IMG/VR virus record: IMGVR_UViG_2061766007_000422
Length of the DNA stretch: 64,000 nt
Source: an uncultured virus (IMG/VR IMGVR_UViG_2061766007_000422)
Lineage: Duplodnaviria > Heunggongvirae > Uroviricota > Caudoviricetes
Reading direction: 5' to 3' (one strand)
Shown here in pieces: positions 27,078 through 38,600 of the stretch. The notes under the pieces were generated by a model. The model made no database searches. It was not told the DNA's origin and worked only from the letters and a program-made list of their open reading frames with translations. The stretch's first letter is position 1. Each line of letters begins with the position of its first letter. Both the position numbers and the translations under genes were made by a program.

Positions 27078-28329
27078 AATTTATTTTGATACTGCCATTA
27101 TCACTTCTCCTATTGAAAGAATTTCAGATTCTGAACCAAATCTTGGTCGTCTAAAAGTTGGAGTATTTACAAAATATGGCAATCGTAATGGTTCTTACAT
27201 TACTGAAGCAGTAGCAGACGAATTAATACATAGCGCCACAGAAGGTAATACTCCTGTAGTTGGGTTTTTTGACCCTGAAACAAAAACTTGGGCGGGACAC
27301 ACTGGTCCTACACTAGCTAATGCTTATGGCTATGTTGAATCGTTTATAGGCTGGGAACCATTTCAAGATAAAGATGGAGAAACTCGCGAATACGCCGTTT
27401 TTTCTGTTGTCTTATTTACAAAATATTTTGAAGAAGCTACTATGATTGTGGGCCAAAATCAATCAATGGAATTAGATATAAATTCCATTGATGGAGATTG
27501 GGCTGATATAAACGGAATGGAATATTTTGTTTATACTAAAGCGCGCATTCAAGGGCTTTGTATTATTGGTTCTCACGAACCTTGTTTTTCAGTATCTGCA
27601 TTCTTTTCTAAAGATGATGATAATTATAAATCTCAATATGATAAGTTCTCTTCACTTTTATCAGACCTAAAGATGCGAGTGAAAGAGGCTGAAAATGGAG
27701 GAGAGAAAACTATGGAAGAAGAAAAGTTTGAAAATCAGGAAGTTGAAACCCCTGAGACTCCTGCCGTAGAAGAAAACCAAGTTCAAGAAGCTGAGCCAGT
27801 AGCCGAATTTACTGAAGAAGAAGCTGTTGTAGAGCAACTTTCTACTGAAGAAGCAGTAGAGCCAGAAAGTGAAACTACTGCTGCTGCGGTTGAAGAGACA
27901 ATTGAAGTAGAAGAGTCCATCAATTTTGAAGCGCTCTATAATGAGTTAAATGCAAAATATGAGCAACTCACTACTGATTTTGCGGCGGCACAGGCGCAAA
28001 TTACTGCTCTTAATGAGCAACTCGCGGCCGCGCAAACCACTGAGCAAACTCTTCGTGAGACTATAAGCGGCTATGAACTTAAAGAGCAGGAATACGAGAA
28101 TGCTCGTAAAGAAAACTTAATACAAAAATATGAAAAAGAAATTAAATCTTCTGAAGAAATTGATAAGCTTCGTGGGTCAATTAGTGACTTTTCTTACGAA
28201 GATTTAGAGAGCAAACTAGCAATAATGTTTGCTAATGAAAAACTGCACAAAGAACCCGAAGAAAAAGTTTTTGTGCCAGAACAACCAGTTAATGAATTTG
28301 CGTTATTGATGCAAAAGTATCGTAAGTAA
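27078..28329 (+). CDS. Prohead protease/scaffold (start inside N gap)
   Basis: GNRNGS, QSMEL, GLCIIG..EPCF protease-like domain followed by an acidic coiled coil. Confidence 0.75.
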
Positions 28330-28350
28330 TAATATAGGAGGAAAAAAGTT

Positions 28351-28896
28351 ATGACAAGATTTCCTGTTGAAAAGTATGCTAGTCTTGAGCTCAATCAGGT
28401 AGCTTTCCCTAAGACTGGTATGGTTGTTTCTCAGGTTCCACTAGATGAAGCTTTCACCGCTAGTGCGCCTTGTGAAAATGGTATGTGGGTTGTAGCAGAT
28501 AAGGCCGCCAAAGTTATCAAGGCCCCTCACACCGCTGCTGATACCCTAATTGGCATTGTATACACTGCCGAAAAAGAATATGATAATTATAATGTTGGTT
28601 TAAAGAATTTTAAGGGAGTTGCGGGTGAATATCCTTGTGTTGGCATTCTTGGTCTTGGTGATACCGTTACCACTAATTGCCTCCAGTATAATGAGACCAC
28701 TTATGCTACTTTCTCTGCTCTTGACACCGCGCTTAAAGGCAGCACCCAGTTCTATGTAAAGGCTGTTGCTGATTCCCCTGTTCCCGAACTCACCGCTTCC
28801 GCGCCCGAATCCGGCACTTTCGGCAAGGTAGTAAAGTATTACACCATGCCCAACGGTGAAAAGGGAATTAAATATCAGATTGTTAATATTGCTTAA
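28351..28896 (+). CDS. Putative head decoration protein
   Basis: Lies between scaffold and capsid; ENG motif; high-expression codon usage. Confidence 0.55.
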   Translation: MTRFPVEKYASLELNQVAFPKTGMVVSQVPLDEAFTASAPCENGMWVVADKAAKVIKAPHTAADTLIGIVYTAEKEYDNYNVGLKNFKGVAGEYPCVGILGLGDTVTTNCLQYNETTYATFSALDTALKGSTQFYVKAVADSPVPELTASAPESGTFGKVVKYYTMPNGEKGIKYQIVNIA

Positions 28897-28911
28897 TAGG
28901 AGGTGCGAACC

Positions 28912-29982
28912 ATGAATAATCTGAAAGTTCTTATGAATGGCGTTTTCGGTCGTAAAGTTCCCGCTGAGTTCGCTGCCGCCGATTACGATTATGAAGCTGC
29001 TCTACATGATGAGCTAGTTAAGCTTCTTTGCGACGAAAAAGGTCGTTTTAACAAATATCAGTATCAGAGAAATAAGATTGACCTCTTTGAGCTACTCTCT
29101 GAGAATCTAGATGAGGTTCTTCCTCAGAAATTAGACCAGGCTCTAAATATGTTTGCTCAGGTTATGCGTATGCCCCAGGGCAGCCGCCCCGAGTTCTTCG
29201 TAACCCGTGGTAAGCAGCGTGGCAAGCAGTTTGTTACTCGCGCTACTGCTTCTGGTAACTACGAGACCTTCCGTCTTGACAGAGACCGTTTTGATGTATA
29301 CATTCAGGCCATTGGTGGCGCTGGTGTAGTTGACTTTGAACGCTATCTTGATGGCGTTGAAAGCATTGCTGACATCTATGAAGTTCTTGAAGCCGGCTTC
29401 ATTGACCGTATTTTTGAGATGCTTCAGGAAGCTTTACTTTCTACTTGGAATCTAGCTGGCCGTCCTGCCCGCAACAAGGTTGTTTCCAATGACTTTGACC
29501 CCGTTGCTATGGATGAGCTCTGCCGCACAGTTGCTGCTTATGGCACTCCTGTTATCTACTGCTCTCCTGAGTTTGCTTCTCAGATGGTAAATGCTATTGT
29601 TTATCAGACTGCTGTAAAGATTTCTGACCAGGATATAGCTGATTTACGTGACCGTGGCTATATTGGCAAGTTCCATGGTGTTTCTGTTGTTGTTATGCCT
29701 CAGTCCTTCGTAGACGAAAATAACGAGAAGAAGGCTATGGATCCTTCCTTCGCTTATGTAATTCCTAGCGGCAAAGAGAAGCTCGTAAGGCTTGCTTTTG
29801 AGGGCAATTCTTACTTCCGTGAGTGGGATGACCACGAGGGCGATAATTCCATTACCATTCAAGCCTATACCAAGGTCGGTGTTGCTATCGTATCTACTCC
29901 TAACTATTGGGGCATTTACTATAACAAGGCTCTTGATGAAGGTAGCGGCTGGGAAGCTTATAACGCTGCTCTTAATGCTTAA
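28912..29982 (+). CDS. Major capsid protein
   Basis: About 356 aa, position, strong codon bias, downstream stem-loop 29998-30020. Confidence 0.8.
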   Translation: MNNLKVLMNGVFGRKVPAEFAAADYDYEAALHDELVKLLCDEKGRFNKYQYQRNKIDLFELLSENLDEVLPQKLDQALNMFAQVMRMPQGSRPEFFVTRGKQRGKQFVTRATASGNYETFRLDRDRFDVYIQAIGGAGVVDFERYLDGVESIADIYEVLEAGFIDRIFEMLQEALLSTWNLAGRPARNKVVSNDFDPVAMDELCRTVAAYGTPVIYCSPEFASQMVNAIVYQTAVKISDQDIADLRDRGYIGKFHGVSVVVMPQSFVDENNEKKAMDPSFAYVIPSGKEKLVRLAFEGNSYFREWDDHEGDNSITIQAYTKVGVAIVSTPNYWGIYYNKALDEGSGWEAYNAALNA

Positions 29983-30040
29983 TTATAATATATAAATGGG
30001 GTGGGTAAGACACCCACCCCGGAGTTAAAAGGAGGATTTT

Positions 30041-30490
30041 ATGGATAAGAAAATTTCTATTAAAAATATAAGTTCTGCGACAATTAATTTGATTTTACCT
30101 TATATTAATTTTCGCCGTAAATTAGATACAGGAAGAACAATTTATGTATCTGAAGATGAATTATTTGAATTAAATAATGATGCGGGTTTTGCCGCGATGG
30201 TGCGCGAGCACTACCTGCAAGTATCTGGTGTAGAAGAAAATGAAGTGGCTGAAGTGGTTAAAGGGCCTATTTATTCGATGCAAGACATTAGCGCGATGCT
30301 TGATAAGCTTGATATTACTGCTTTTGCTAAATTTATTCCTACAGCCGCGCCCGCTGAGAAAGAAACCGCAGTTAAATTGGCGATAGATAAAGGTATTACC
30401 AATTCTGCAATTACCGCTCTAATAAAGAAATATTGTGATGTTGATATTATTGGCGCAATCAATATGAAACATCAGGCGGAAGAGATTTAA
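30041..30490 (+). CDS. Virion-module hypothetical protein
   Basis: 149 aa after capsid; RBS AGGAGG. Confidence 0.7.
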   Translation: MDKKISIKNISSATINLILPYINFRRKLDTGRTIYVSEDELFELNNDAGFAAMVREHYLQVSGVEENEVAEVVKGPIYSMQDISAMLDKLDITAFAKFIPTAAPAEKETAVKLAIDKGITNSAITALIKKYCDVDIIGAINMKHQAEEI

Positions 30491-30942
30491 TGGCAACTCC
30501 TTGTTTAGATGTATATAGTGCATTCTTAGCACGTATTACGGCGGATGAATGGACATTAGAAGAAGAGATGGCCATCGTAGAGCGGGATTGGCAAGAACTT
30601 TTAAAAATGGCTATTTTCCGTTTCAAATATCCTCGTGTAAAATTAGACCTTTCAACAGAAGAAAACGAGTTTATTGAAGACTTGAATAATGATGAAATTC
30701 AATTGCTTGCATTGTATATGAAGCACGAATGGGTCAAACGATGTATTGCAAGTTGGGAAAATATTCGTCAGTTGTATGCCGATAAAGATTTTTCACAAGC
30801 AAATCATTTAGCTAAATTAAATGATTTGGAAGAAGCTATTGCGCTTGAAGTTCATAAGGCCGAAGGCATTTATGACCGTTCGCGCGAAAAGTCACCTGCA
30901 GATTTATTTAAAAAATTGGCAGGAAAAAAGAATGTCGTATGA
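30490..30942 (+). CDS. Putative head-tail adaptor
   Basis: 150 aa helical; positional call. Confidence 0.55.
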   Translation: MATPCLDVYSAFLARITADEWTLEEEMAIVERDWQELLKMAIFRFKYPRVKLDLSTEENEFIEDLNNDEIQLLALYMKHEWVKRCIASWENIRQLYADKDFSQANHLAKLNDLEEAIALEVHKAEGIYDRSREKSPADLFKKLAGKKNVV

Positions 30943-31207
30943 TGTAACTTTTGACGGCTATAAAAATAAACTAAAAGGTCGTCTTTATGGCTTACTTTGT
31001 GAAAAAGAAAAAGATGGTGAATGGGAAAAATTTTTAGATTCAATTATTATTGAATTGCGCGGTTTGCAGTCTAATTCAATAAATTGGTGGCCGCTAATTG
31101 GTAAATTGTCTGAATTGCGTTATTTATCTTATGATTATTTTCGCAAGACAATTTTTGAATGTATGAATTTAGTTAGCGGATTAGAGCAACCGAATGAGCT
31201 ATCTTGA
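30932..31207 (+). CDS. Hypothetical protein
   Basis: Start MSYDV overlapping the upstream gene. Confidence 0.7.
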   Translation: MSYDVTFDGYKNKLKGRLYGLLCEKEKDGEWEKFLDSIIIELRGLQSNSINWWPLIGKLSELRYLSYDYFRKTIFECMNLVSGLEQPNELS

Positions 31208-32384
31208 TGCTTATTTTTCCCGTATAAACCACATGGGTGAAACAACTGCAGAACGAATTAGAAGCGGTGGAATTCGGTCGTTCTATAAATGGATGGCAGA
31301 ATCGCCGCACACAATAAATAATTTATCTGTTGAAAGAGGTTTGTATTTTTCTGGTATTATTCTGACCAGTAAAGATAAAGAATATGAAAAAATTATGTTC
31401 TTGAATGTAGCAAATGATATTCCAATTCAAGTTGGAGATATTATGAATTGGACATTAGACGATGGTTCTATTGAAAAGTGGATTATTATTCAAGAAGAAA
31501 AGAAAGTAAATGGCACATATCGCACTTTTTGGATAGTTAGGTGTAATTATTTAGTAAAGTGGATAGATACAAATGGACATTTACAAAAATCTTGGGCATA
31601 TTTAGTTAGTTCTGTAGATAGTAAAATTAAAGGTAACTATAGAACATGGAACTCATTGATTACACCTCAACCTAATAAGTATTTAGAACTTTTAATGCCT
31701 CGTTATCCAATTGAACGAGCAACACATTTTATAGTTGAAAATGAAAGTTGGGATGTTATTGAATACGACCATACTAGTGTGCCTGGGGTAATTTATTTAT
31801 CACTTACTGAAAGTAAGGTAAATTTAATTTACGATGATTTAGAAAATAATATTGCCGATATTGACCGTTTAGCTAAATATACGTTTGCTTTGCCCGAAGA
31901 GCCCGAATCTTTTGTGGTGGGAGAGCCGATTGAGCCTACTTTCACTTTAATGAAAGATGGTGCGGTTTCAACCTTAAAAGTTGATTTTTATCCTGTAGAT
32001 AAAGAATATACACGCATTATTGATGGGCAATTAACTGCTATGAAAGAAGGACAAACAAAAATTTTGGCGCAAGTATCTGAATTTCCTGATATACAACAAG
32101 AAATTGATATTGTAATTGCTAATGCAATATCATTTTCTGCTTATCTTGATGGGCCAGATAGTGTTAGATTAGATAGAGAAGCCAAATATGAATTACGCAG
32201 TAATCAAGTATTAAATGGCACAGTAAATTATGCTATTAATAATAATTTAGCTTCTATTTCAATTAAAGATAATGTATGTACTTTGCGCGCGAACAATAAG
32301 AATCAATTAGGAACGTTACTTTTAACCGCAACTTATAATAATGAAGTTTACGAAAAAGTAATTAGTATTGTTCCTCTGTGGTAG
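31194..32384 (+). CDS. Putative head-closure protein with C-terminal Ig-like domains
   Basis: Position; beta-rich C-terminus. Confidence 0.55.
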   Translation: MSYLDAYFSRINHMGETTAERIRSGGIRSFYKWMAESPHTINNLSVERGLYFSGIILTSKDKEYEKIMFLNVANDIPIQVGDIMNWTLDDGSIEKWIIIQEEKKVNGTYRTFWIVRCNYLVKWIDTNGHLQKSWAYLVSSVDSKIKGNYRTWNSLITPQPNKYLELLMPRYPIERATHFIVENESWDVIEYDHTSVPGVIYLSLTESKVNLIYDDLENNIADIDRLAKYTFALPEEPESFVVGEPIEPTFTLMKDGAVSTLKVDFYPVDKEYTRIIDGQLTAMKEGQTKILAQVSEFPDIQQEIDIVIANAISFSAYLDGPDSVRLDREAKYELRSNQVLNGTVNYAINNNLASISIKDNVCTLRANNKNQLGTLLLTATYNNEVYEKVISIVPLW

Positions 32385-32392
32385 GTGAGTAT

Positions 32393-32905
32393 ATGGAAAC
32401 TCAAAGACGATTTGCGGTAATGGGTAATAACGCATTTCAAATTGCAAATAAACTCATGCAAAATCAACGCATTTGTAGACTTTTAAAGTATCAAACTAAA
32501 AGTCCATTTGCAAAGATTGAGCCTATTACTGGTATTGAACAGCCCGATGTTGATGGGGCGGATTTAATTAACAAGCAAATTCTTATTGTTCCTAAAGTAT
32601 ATGATGATAGTAATGAGAAAATGTCATATGTCGTCGCGCTATTTGATGGATTTGTAGTAAATCAAATAAACCCAGAGTTTAAAATTTCTACTGTTCGTTT
32701 TGATATAGCGTGTCCTTATGATGAATGGGTACTAAATGAGCAATCTTTGCGCCCGTATCTCATTATGCAAGAAATTGATACTATGTTTAATGAAAGTAAA
32801 TTATCTGGTATTGGAACTTTACAATTTTATAGAGCGGACAATTTAGTATTATCACCTTGGATTGGTGGATATACTATGTGGTATAAGATAAATGAATTTA
32901 ACTGA
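32393..32905 (+). CDS. Putative tail completion/terminator protein
   Basis: Position; LRPY.I..EID..FN motif. Confidence 0.5.
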   Translation: METQRRFAVMGNNAFQIANKLMQNQRICRLLKYQTKSPFAKIEPITGIEQPDVDGADLINKQILIVPKVYDDSNEKMSYVVALFDGFVVNQINPEFKISTVRFDIACPYDEWVLNEQSLRPYLIMQEIDTMFNESKLSGIGTLQFYRADNLVLSPWIGGYTMWYKINEFN

Positions 32906-33665
32906 TGATGAAATTTTAAAATTTCAAAAAGGTTCGCCCGTTTTTATTGATGATATTTGCGCGATTTATTCGCCTAAATTAGGCGAAATTATAGATGTAG
33001 GCTATAGTAAGTTTGAGCAATATTTAAGTGTAATTACCATGAAAAAACCCCTAGATGCGAAAGATAAAGAATTGGAGCAACTATTAGATAAATTGACGGA
33101 TTTTCAATATGTGCTTTTACTTGTGTCTACTGATAGGGAAGTTAATCAAATTTTGAAAGAAGCCTTTATGTTTTTTACACACGAAAATGTAACTTTTTCT
33201 TTAGAGCCCGCACAAATTGTTATTGGCCCGCTTGAAGAAAAACACCTATTGAGTGAAGATAAATTTTATGACTTTCAAAAAATTGTAAAGCATATGTGCT
33301 TTTTAGAGCAAGATGCGGAAGAAATTGTTATTAACCCTAACGATTCTCCACAAGTCGTAAGATTGAAAAAACAAATGATGAAAAATCGTGAGAAATTGCG
33401 TAAAGCTAAAGCGCAGAAAGCTGCGCGAGAAAAAACAAATCTTAATTTTTCAGATTTAATTGGTAGTTTGACTTTAAATCATTGTAATTTAAATATGGAA
33501 AATGTTTGGAATATAACATATTATGCTTTTCACGACCAATTAAAAAGAATGGGTTGGCGTGATCAGTTTGATATAAATAACCGCGCGGCGATGGCTGGCG
33601 CAAAATTAAAGAAAAATCAGTTAAAACATTGGATGCGGTCTATTACCGATTCTGATAAATCATGA
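32892..33665 (+). CDS. Virion-module hypothetical protein (possible tail chaperone)
   Basis: 257 aa; positional call. Confidence 0.6.
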   Translation: MNLTDDEILKFQKGSPVFIDDICAIYSPKLGEIIDVGYSKFEQYLSVITMKKPLDAKDKELEQLLDKLTDFQYVLLLVSTDREVNQILKEAFMFFTHENVTFSLEPAQIVIGPLEEKHLLSEDKFYDFQKIVKHMCFLEQDAEEIVINPNDSPQVVRLKKQMMKNREKLRKAKAQKAAREKTNLNFSDLIGSLTLNHCNLNMENVWNITYYAFHDQLKRMGWRDQFDINNRAAMAGAKLKKNQLKHWMRSITDSDKS

Positions 33666-33688
33666 TTTTATTTTAGGAGGTAAACTCT

Positions 33689-34666
33689 ATGGCTGTTAAT
33701 ATTTTTGATAAGTATGGCATTAAAGAGGTTGCCAACGTATATTTTGAGGCGCTTGATGACGATCAGAGCGCGGGCGTATACAAGGGCGACATAGTGCTAT
33801 TTCTTGATACTTTAAAGGTATCCACTATTGAAACTACTGCCGAAAATACTGCTGCTCAGGGCGGCTGGGGCAACCCCAAGCTCATTCAGTGGGACTACGG
33901 TAAGGAAATCAATGTTACTCTAGAAGATGCTCTAATGAGTCTTGAATCTCTTAGGTTCATGCTCGGCGGCGCTATTAAACGTGTTTCTAGTGAGAAGCCC
34001 GTTGTTGTACATCATAATGAAGAAGTTGTTTGTGATGCCAATGGCAAAATGCCTCTACCTGAAGACCATTTAACTGGTAAGAAATTTGATGGTACTGAAG
34101 CTCCTGCGGTGAAGGCGACTACTGGGCATCCTATTCGTCTTATTAACCTTACTAAGGGCACTCGTACTCAATTAGTAGGTACAGATGCTGAACCCGTTGC
34201 TTTAACCGCGGCTACAAAAATTGATTTTATTAATCCTTCTATGATTGAAGGCAATGGCCATACTCAGGCTACTGAAGCCGGCGACCATATTCGCATTTTC
34301 TGGGACGAAGTTCTCACTGGTGCAAGCGCGGCTGATGCTCTTGAGTCTGCTGTTGAAGTTACCATTTCTCCTAGCACCTATCCTGGCACCTATAAGGTAG
34401 TTGGCGATACTTTCATGCGTTCTGAGAAGACTGGCGCGGATGAACCCTTCCAGTTCATTATCAATAAGGCTAAGGTCACTTCTGAAGTTACTCTAACCCT
34501 TCAGGCCGAAGGCGACCCTGCTACTTTTGAGATGACTCTAAACGTATTACGTGCTACCAATGCTGATGGTAAGGACGAAATGATGAAGCTAGTCCGTTAT
34601 AATATTGCGGCTGGTACTTCTTCTAGCTCTGGCAATGACTATGGCTCTGTGCACGAAGGCTCTTAA
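33689..34666 (+). CDS. Major tail tube protein
   Basis: High-expression codons; AQGG.GNP.LI.W and GDPATF motifs; followed by terminator. Confidence 0.75.
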   Translation: MAVNIFDKYGIKEVANVYFEALDDDQSAGVYKGDIVLFLDTLKVSTIETTAENTAAQGGWGNPKLIQWDYGKEINVTLEDALMSLESLRFMLGGAIKRVSSEKPVVVHHNEEVVCDANGKMPLPEDHLTGKKFDGTEAPAVKATTGHPIRLINLTKGTRTQLVGTDAEPVALTAATKIDFINPSMIEGNGHTQATEAGDHIRIFWDEVLTGASAADALESAVEVTISPSTYPGTYKVVGDTFMRSEKTGADEPFQFIINKAKVTSEVTLTLQAEGDPATFEMTLNVLRATNADGKDEMMKLVRYNIAAGTSSSSGNDYGSVHEGS

Positions 34667-34679
34667 TAATTAATACATA

Positions 34680-34716
34680 AATAAGGTGCGACGTGTTGTC
34701 GCACCTTATTCTTTTT
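34680..34716 (+). terminator. Rho-independent terminator
   Basis: AATAAGGTGCGAC/GTCGCACCTTATT stem plus T tract. Confidence 0.8.
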
Positions 34717-34731
34717 ATGTTGGTGATGACT

Positions 34732-35598
34732 ATGATTGACCAATATTTTGGAGTAAAAGAACTTTATGAAGTGGCACTTAAAGCAAAAGTTCCACTTTAT
34801 TTTGGTTCGCGCTATATTGAAGCCGGCGAGCCAGTTTTATATTTTGAAAATGTTATAATGTCTGTTTTAAATGAGAAAAATCAGCCTGTTTTCGCGCGTG
34901 GCGGTTGGAATAACTTGCCGCGAGTGATATGGGAAGATAGGTCAGAAGTTCAATTTGCGCTTTCCGAAGGCGTTATGTCTTCTATTAGTATGAGTGTGCT
35001 TTTAAGTGCAACCGTAGGAGAAAAGAAACATGAGGAACCAATGCTAGTGCCAAAGCGCGAAGGACCTTTTGAACTTCAAGTAGGACATCGTTTATATCCT
35101 ACATATTGGCCTGTTTCATCATTAAAAAATAAGACATTTATTTTTGAGTATGCGCGTGATGTAGCGCAAAAGAAAATGTATGGAAAAGAAATACACGGTG
35201 TGCCTGACCCGTTTACAGGAGAAGGGGAAATACCTTGTATTGAAGTTTATGAAGATAAAGAATTGACTAAATTAGCAAGTATGGATAATGAATATTTGAT
35301 TGATTATTATTATCAATATAATAATGAAGCGCTAATTTATACCATTCAAAAAGAGAGATTTAATGGGTTGTTCACTCTTGAGGGTAAGTTTTACTCCAAG
35401 GATGAAAATGAGGGTTTAAATTATACTAATATAATTTATATGCCAAAAGTGAGAGTAGTTAGTGATATTAACTTACGCTTGGGAGAAAGGGCTGATCCAA
35501 CGATGTCTGTGTTTAATATTATTGGGATGCCAGAAACAACCACAGACAAGAAGAGTCTGATTATGGAAATAACACGATTAAGTGAAGATATAGAGTAA
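34732..35598 (+). CDS. Second tail-tube-like protein
   Basis: Shares FGVKE, ARGGW.N...IW and ADPT..F with 33689-34666. Confidence 0.6.
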   Translation: MIDQYFGVKELYEVALKAKVPLYFGSRYIEAGEPVLYFENVIMSVLNEKNQPVFARGGWNNLPRVIWEDRSEVQFALSEGVMSSISMSVLLSATVGEKKHEEPMLVPKREGPFELQVGHRLYPTYWPVSSLKNKTFIFEYARDVAQKKMYGKEIHGVPDPFTGEGEIPCIEVYEDKELTKLASMDNEYLIDYYYQYNNEALIYTIQKERFNGLFTLEGKFYSKDENEGLNYTNIIYMPKVRVVSDINLRLGERADPTMSVFNIIGMPETTTDKKSLIMEITRLSEDIE

Positions 35599-35633
35599 GC
35601 CACTCCTTAGTAATAAGGGGTGGCTCTTTTTTT
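35598..35633 (+). terminator. Rho-independent terminator
   Basis: AGCCACTCCTTA/TAAGGGGTGGCT plus T tract. Confidence 0.75.
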
Positions 35634-35661
35634 GTTTTAGGGAAAAAGGAGAGTGAGGATT

Positions 35662-38600
35662 ATGGCGCAAGGAATAACCTTTGATGTTACTGCTAGAGTC
35701 AAAGGATATGAAGATAGTGTTGCTAGATTACGAAAGCTATTAGATAGTCTAGACCCTGGGTCTGGACTTGCGAAAAGTATAAAAAAGGGTTTAGAGAGCG
35801 CAGAAAAGCAAATAGCAAATTTAAGTAAAGATTTAACTCCTAAGGTTACTAATGAAAATCAATTAGATAAATTAACTACTAAGTTGAATAATACTAGTGA
35901 GGCAATTCAACGTGTAGGTAGAGATTTTCAACAAATTAGTAGCAAAGATATTAAATTTGATGCTTTTGGCGCAAGTTTGCGGCAATTAGAACAGCAATTA
36001 AAAGATGTTAAAACGCAATTAGATAATGAAGTTGCGGCTGCATTGCGGCAGACTATTGCTGATTCTGAAGATTTAAGCGGTGCTTTAAAATCAATGGATG
36101 TTACTGTGGGAACTAAAGGGCCTGCGGAATTATTTACAGAATTAGAAGATAAAGCTAAAGCCGCGGCAGAAAATACTAAANNNNNNNNNNNNNNNNNNNN
36201 NNNTTAACTAATAAAGAATTAAGTTTAAATAAATCAAAAGCAAATCCTATTATTAACAAAGATCAGATTGAAAGTGATTTAAAAGCGGTTAGTGAACAAT
36301 ATATGAACTTAAAGTCTATGCTTGATAATGGTATGAAAAACTTAAATGTTGACCCAGGTCAAGCAGATAAAATGGTCACGAAGTTTTTAAATGGCTTAAC
36401 TCCAGAAAATGTACAAGAAAAAATGAATGAGCTAAAGCAAGCCGTTTCAAGTGAATTAAACGGAGCTGTTAGCGCAAATAGAATTTATCAAGAATTATTT
36501 GGAAAAGATGATGTAAAAGGCGCGAATACGTCTCAAGAGGTATTAAAAACAGCTGTAAAAAATTTAATTCCAGATGTGCCGGCATTACAAAAAGAAATGC
36601 AAGCTAAGCTTGAAGAATTTGCGAGTGGTTTGTCTCCTAAAAAAGCAGGTACTATTCAAGAATTAATTTCTCAAGCTGATATAGAAAGTGCATTACAAAC
36701 TACTATTAAGTATTTAGATGATGCTTATAAGACATTACAAGGTAAGATGCTTCAACAGACGCAAGAGGTTGCTGCTGCTACGCAAACAAAGCAAGAAGCC
36801 AAAGGAAAATATAAATTTGCTTCTAGTCAAGAACGTGGTATTAATAATACTTTGGAGACTTTACGAACTGAAGCACAACGCTTACGAGATGAAAATAAAG
36901 TATTAAATGAACGTATTACTGATTTAGAAGAACAAATTCGTGGAGAACAGCAAGGCAAAGTAGAAGAAATTAAAGGCGAAGGAAAGGAAATTAATGAATT
37001 AACTGAACAATTTAAGGCTGGCACGAGTGAAGTAAGTAAATATGGCAAAGAACTAGATGAAGTTCATCAAAAAGAACAAGTTCTAGGTGCGATTGATAGC
37101 GCCATTAAAAAATGGTTTAGTCTTGGCGCGATTCTTAATAAAGTCGTTCAAGGCATTCGTTCTATAATTTCTAATGTGCGCGAACTTGATAAGGTTATAA
37201 CTGATATTGCGATTGTTACTGATATGTCACAAGGTGACTTGTGGAATCAGATGCCGCAATATATTGATATGGCACAACAGTTTGGTGTATCTATTCAAGG
37301 TGCGTATAAGGTTTCACAATTATTCTATCAACAAGGCTTACAAACTAATGACGTTATGAAGATGTCTGCTGAGACATTAAAGTTAGCCCGTATTGCTGGA
37401 TTGGATTATGCTGAAGCCGCAAACTATATGACAAACGCTGTGCGTTCTTTCAAGATAGATATGGAAGATGCGGTGCGTGTTACAGATGCTTATGCAGCAT
37501 TGGCGGCCTCTTCTGCTACTAGTGTTGAAGAATTGGCAGTAGCTATGAGTAAAACTGCTTCATCTGCATATTCGGTTGGTAGTAGTTTAGAGAATACTGC
37601 TGCGATGATTGCAGTTATGACAGAAGCTACGCGTGAATCTGCAACTAACATCGGTTCTGCGTTGAAGTCTATTATTTCTCGTTATGGTGAAATGAAAGCT
37701 TCTCCAAGTGATATTATTGATGTTGATGGTGAAGAAGCTTCGTTCAACAAGGTTGATACCGCATTAAAGTCGGTTGGTATATCTATTAAAGACGCACAGG
37801 GACAATTCCGTGATTTTGATGATGTTATTATGGAATTGGCTACTGTTTGGGATACATTAGATAATAATACACAACGTTATATTGCTACTATTATGGCTGG
37901 TAATAGGCAGCAATCACGTTTTATTGCTTTAGTATCTAGTGGTCAACGTTTACAACAATTAACTAATGTTGCCAATGATTCTGAAGGTGCTAGTACGGCT
38001 CAGTTTGAGAAGTCATTAGAAGGCTTAGAGGCCAAGATACAGAAATTACAAACTGCAATGCAAGGTTTGTATATGGATTCTGGCGTTCAGGATTTAATTA
38101 GTGCTTTTATTGAGTTGGGCGGAACTGTTTTAGGACATATTAGCGAGCAAATGAATGCTTTTGGACAAGGACTAGGTGCGGCGGCAGGAAGTGCGGCGGC
38201 ATTGCTTGTTCAATTTTATAGATTTGGTAGTGCGATTTCATTTTTGTTTAATTTGATTAAGGCTAAATTAAAAGAAACTAAGGCTAATGTTAATCTTAAT
38301 AATAAGCAAATAAGTATAGATACGATACAGCAGCAGCAGAAAACTTTAAATGATATTGCTATATTGTATAAAGTAGCAGAAGAAGCTAAAACTGAAGAAT
38401 TAAAGAAAGAATTGCGTGAACGAGCAGAAGCGGAGTTAGATAGCTTTAATGAAATACAGAATAAAAAATCTGATAAAGCTGATAAAAAAGCTCGTTCCAC
38501 TGCAAAGCAAACTCTAGGTGCAATTAGCACTATGATAGGTAGCATTGCACCAATGGTGACTTCTATGCTTGGCGTAGAAGAAAATTCTACCGCTGGTATG

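Noticed and set aside
26542..28329. 595-aa ORF as a portal-protease fusion
   Set aside because: It reads through an N gap that probably hides a stop and a start.
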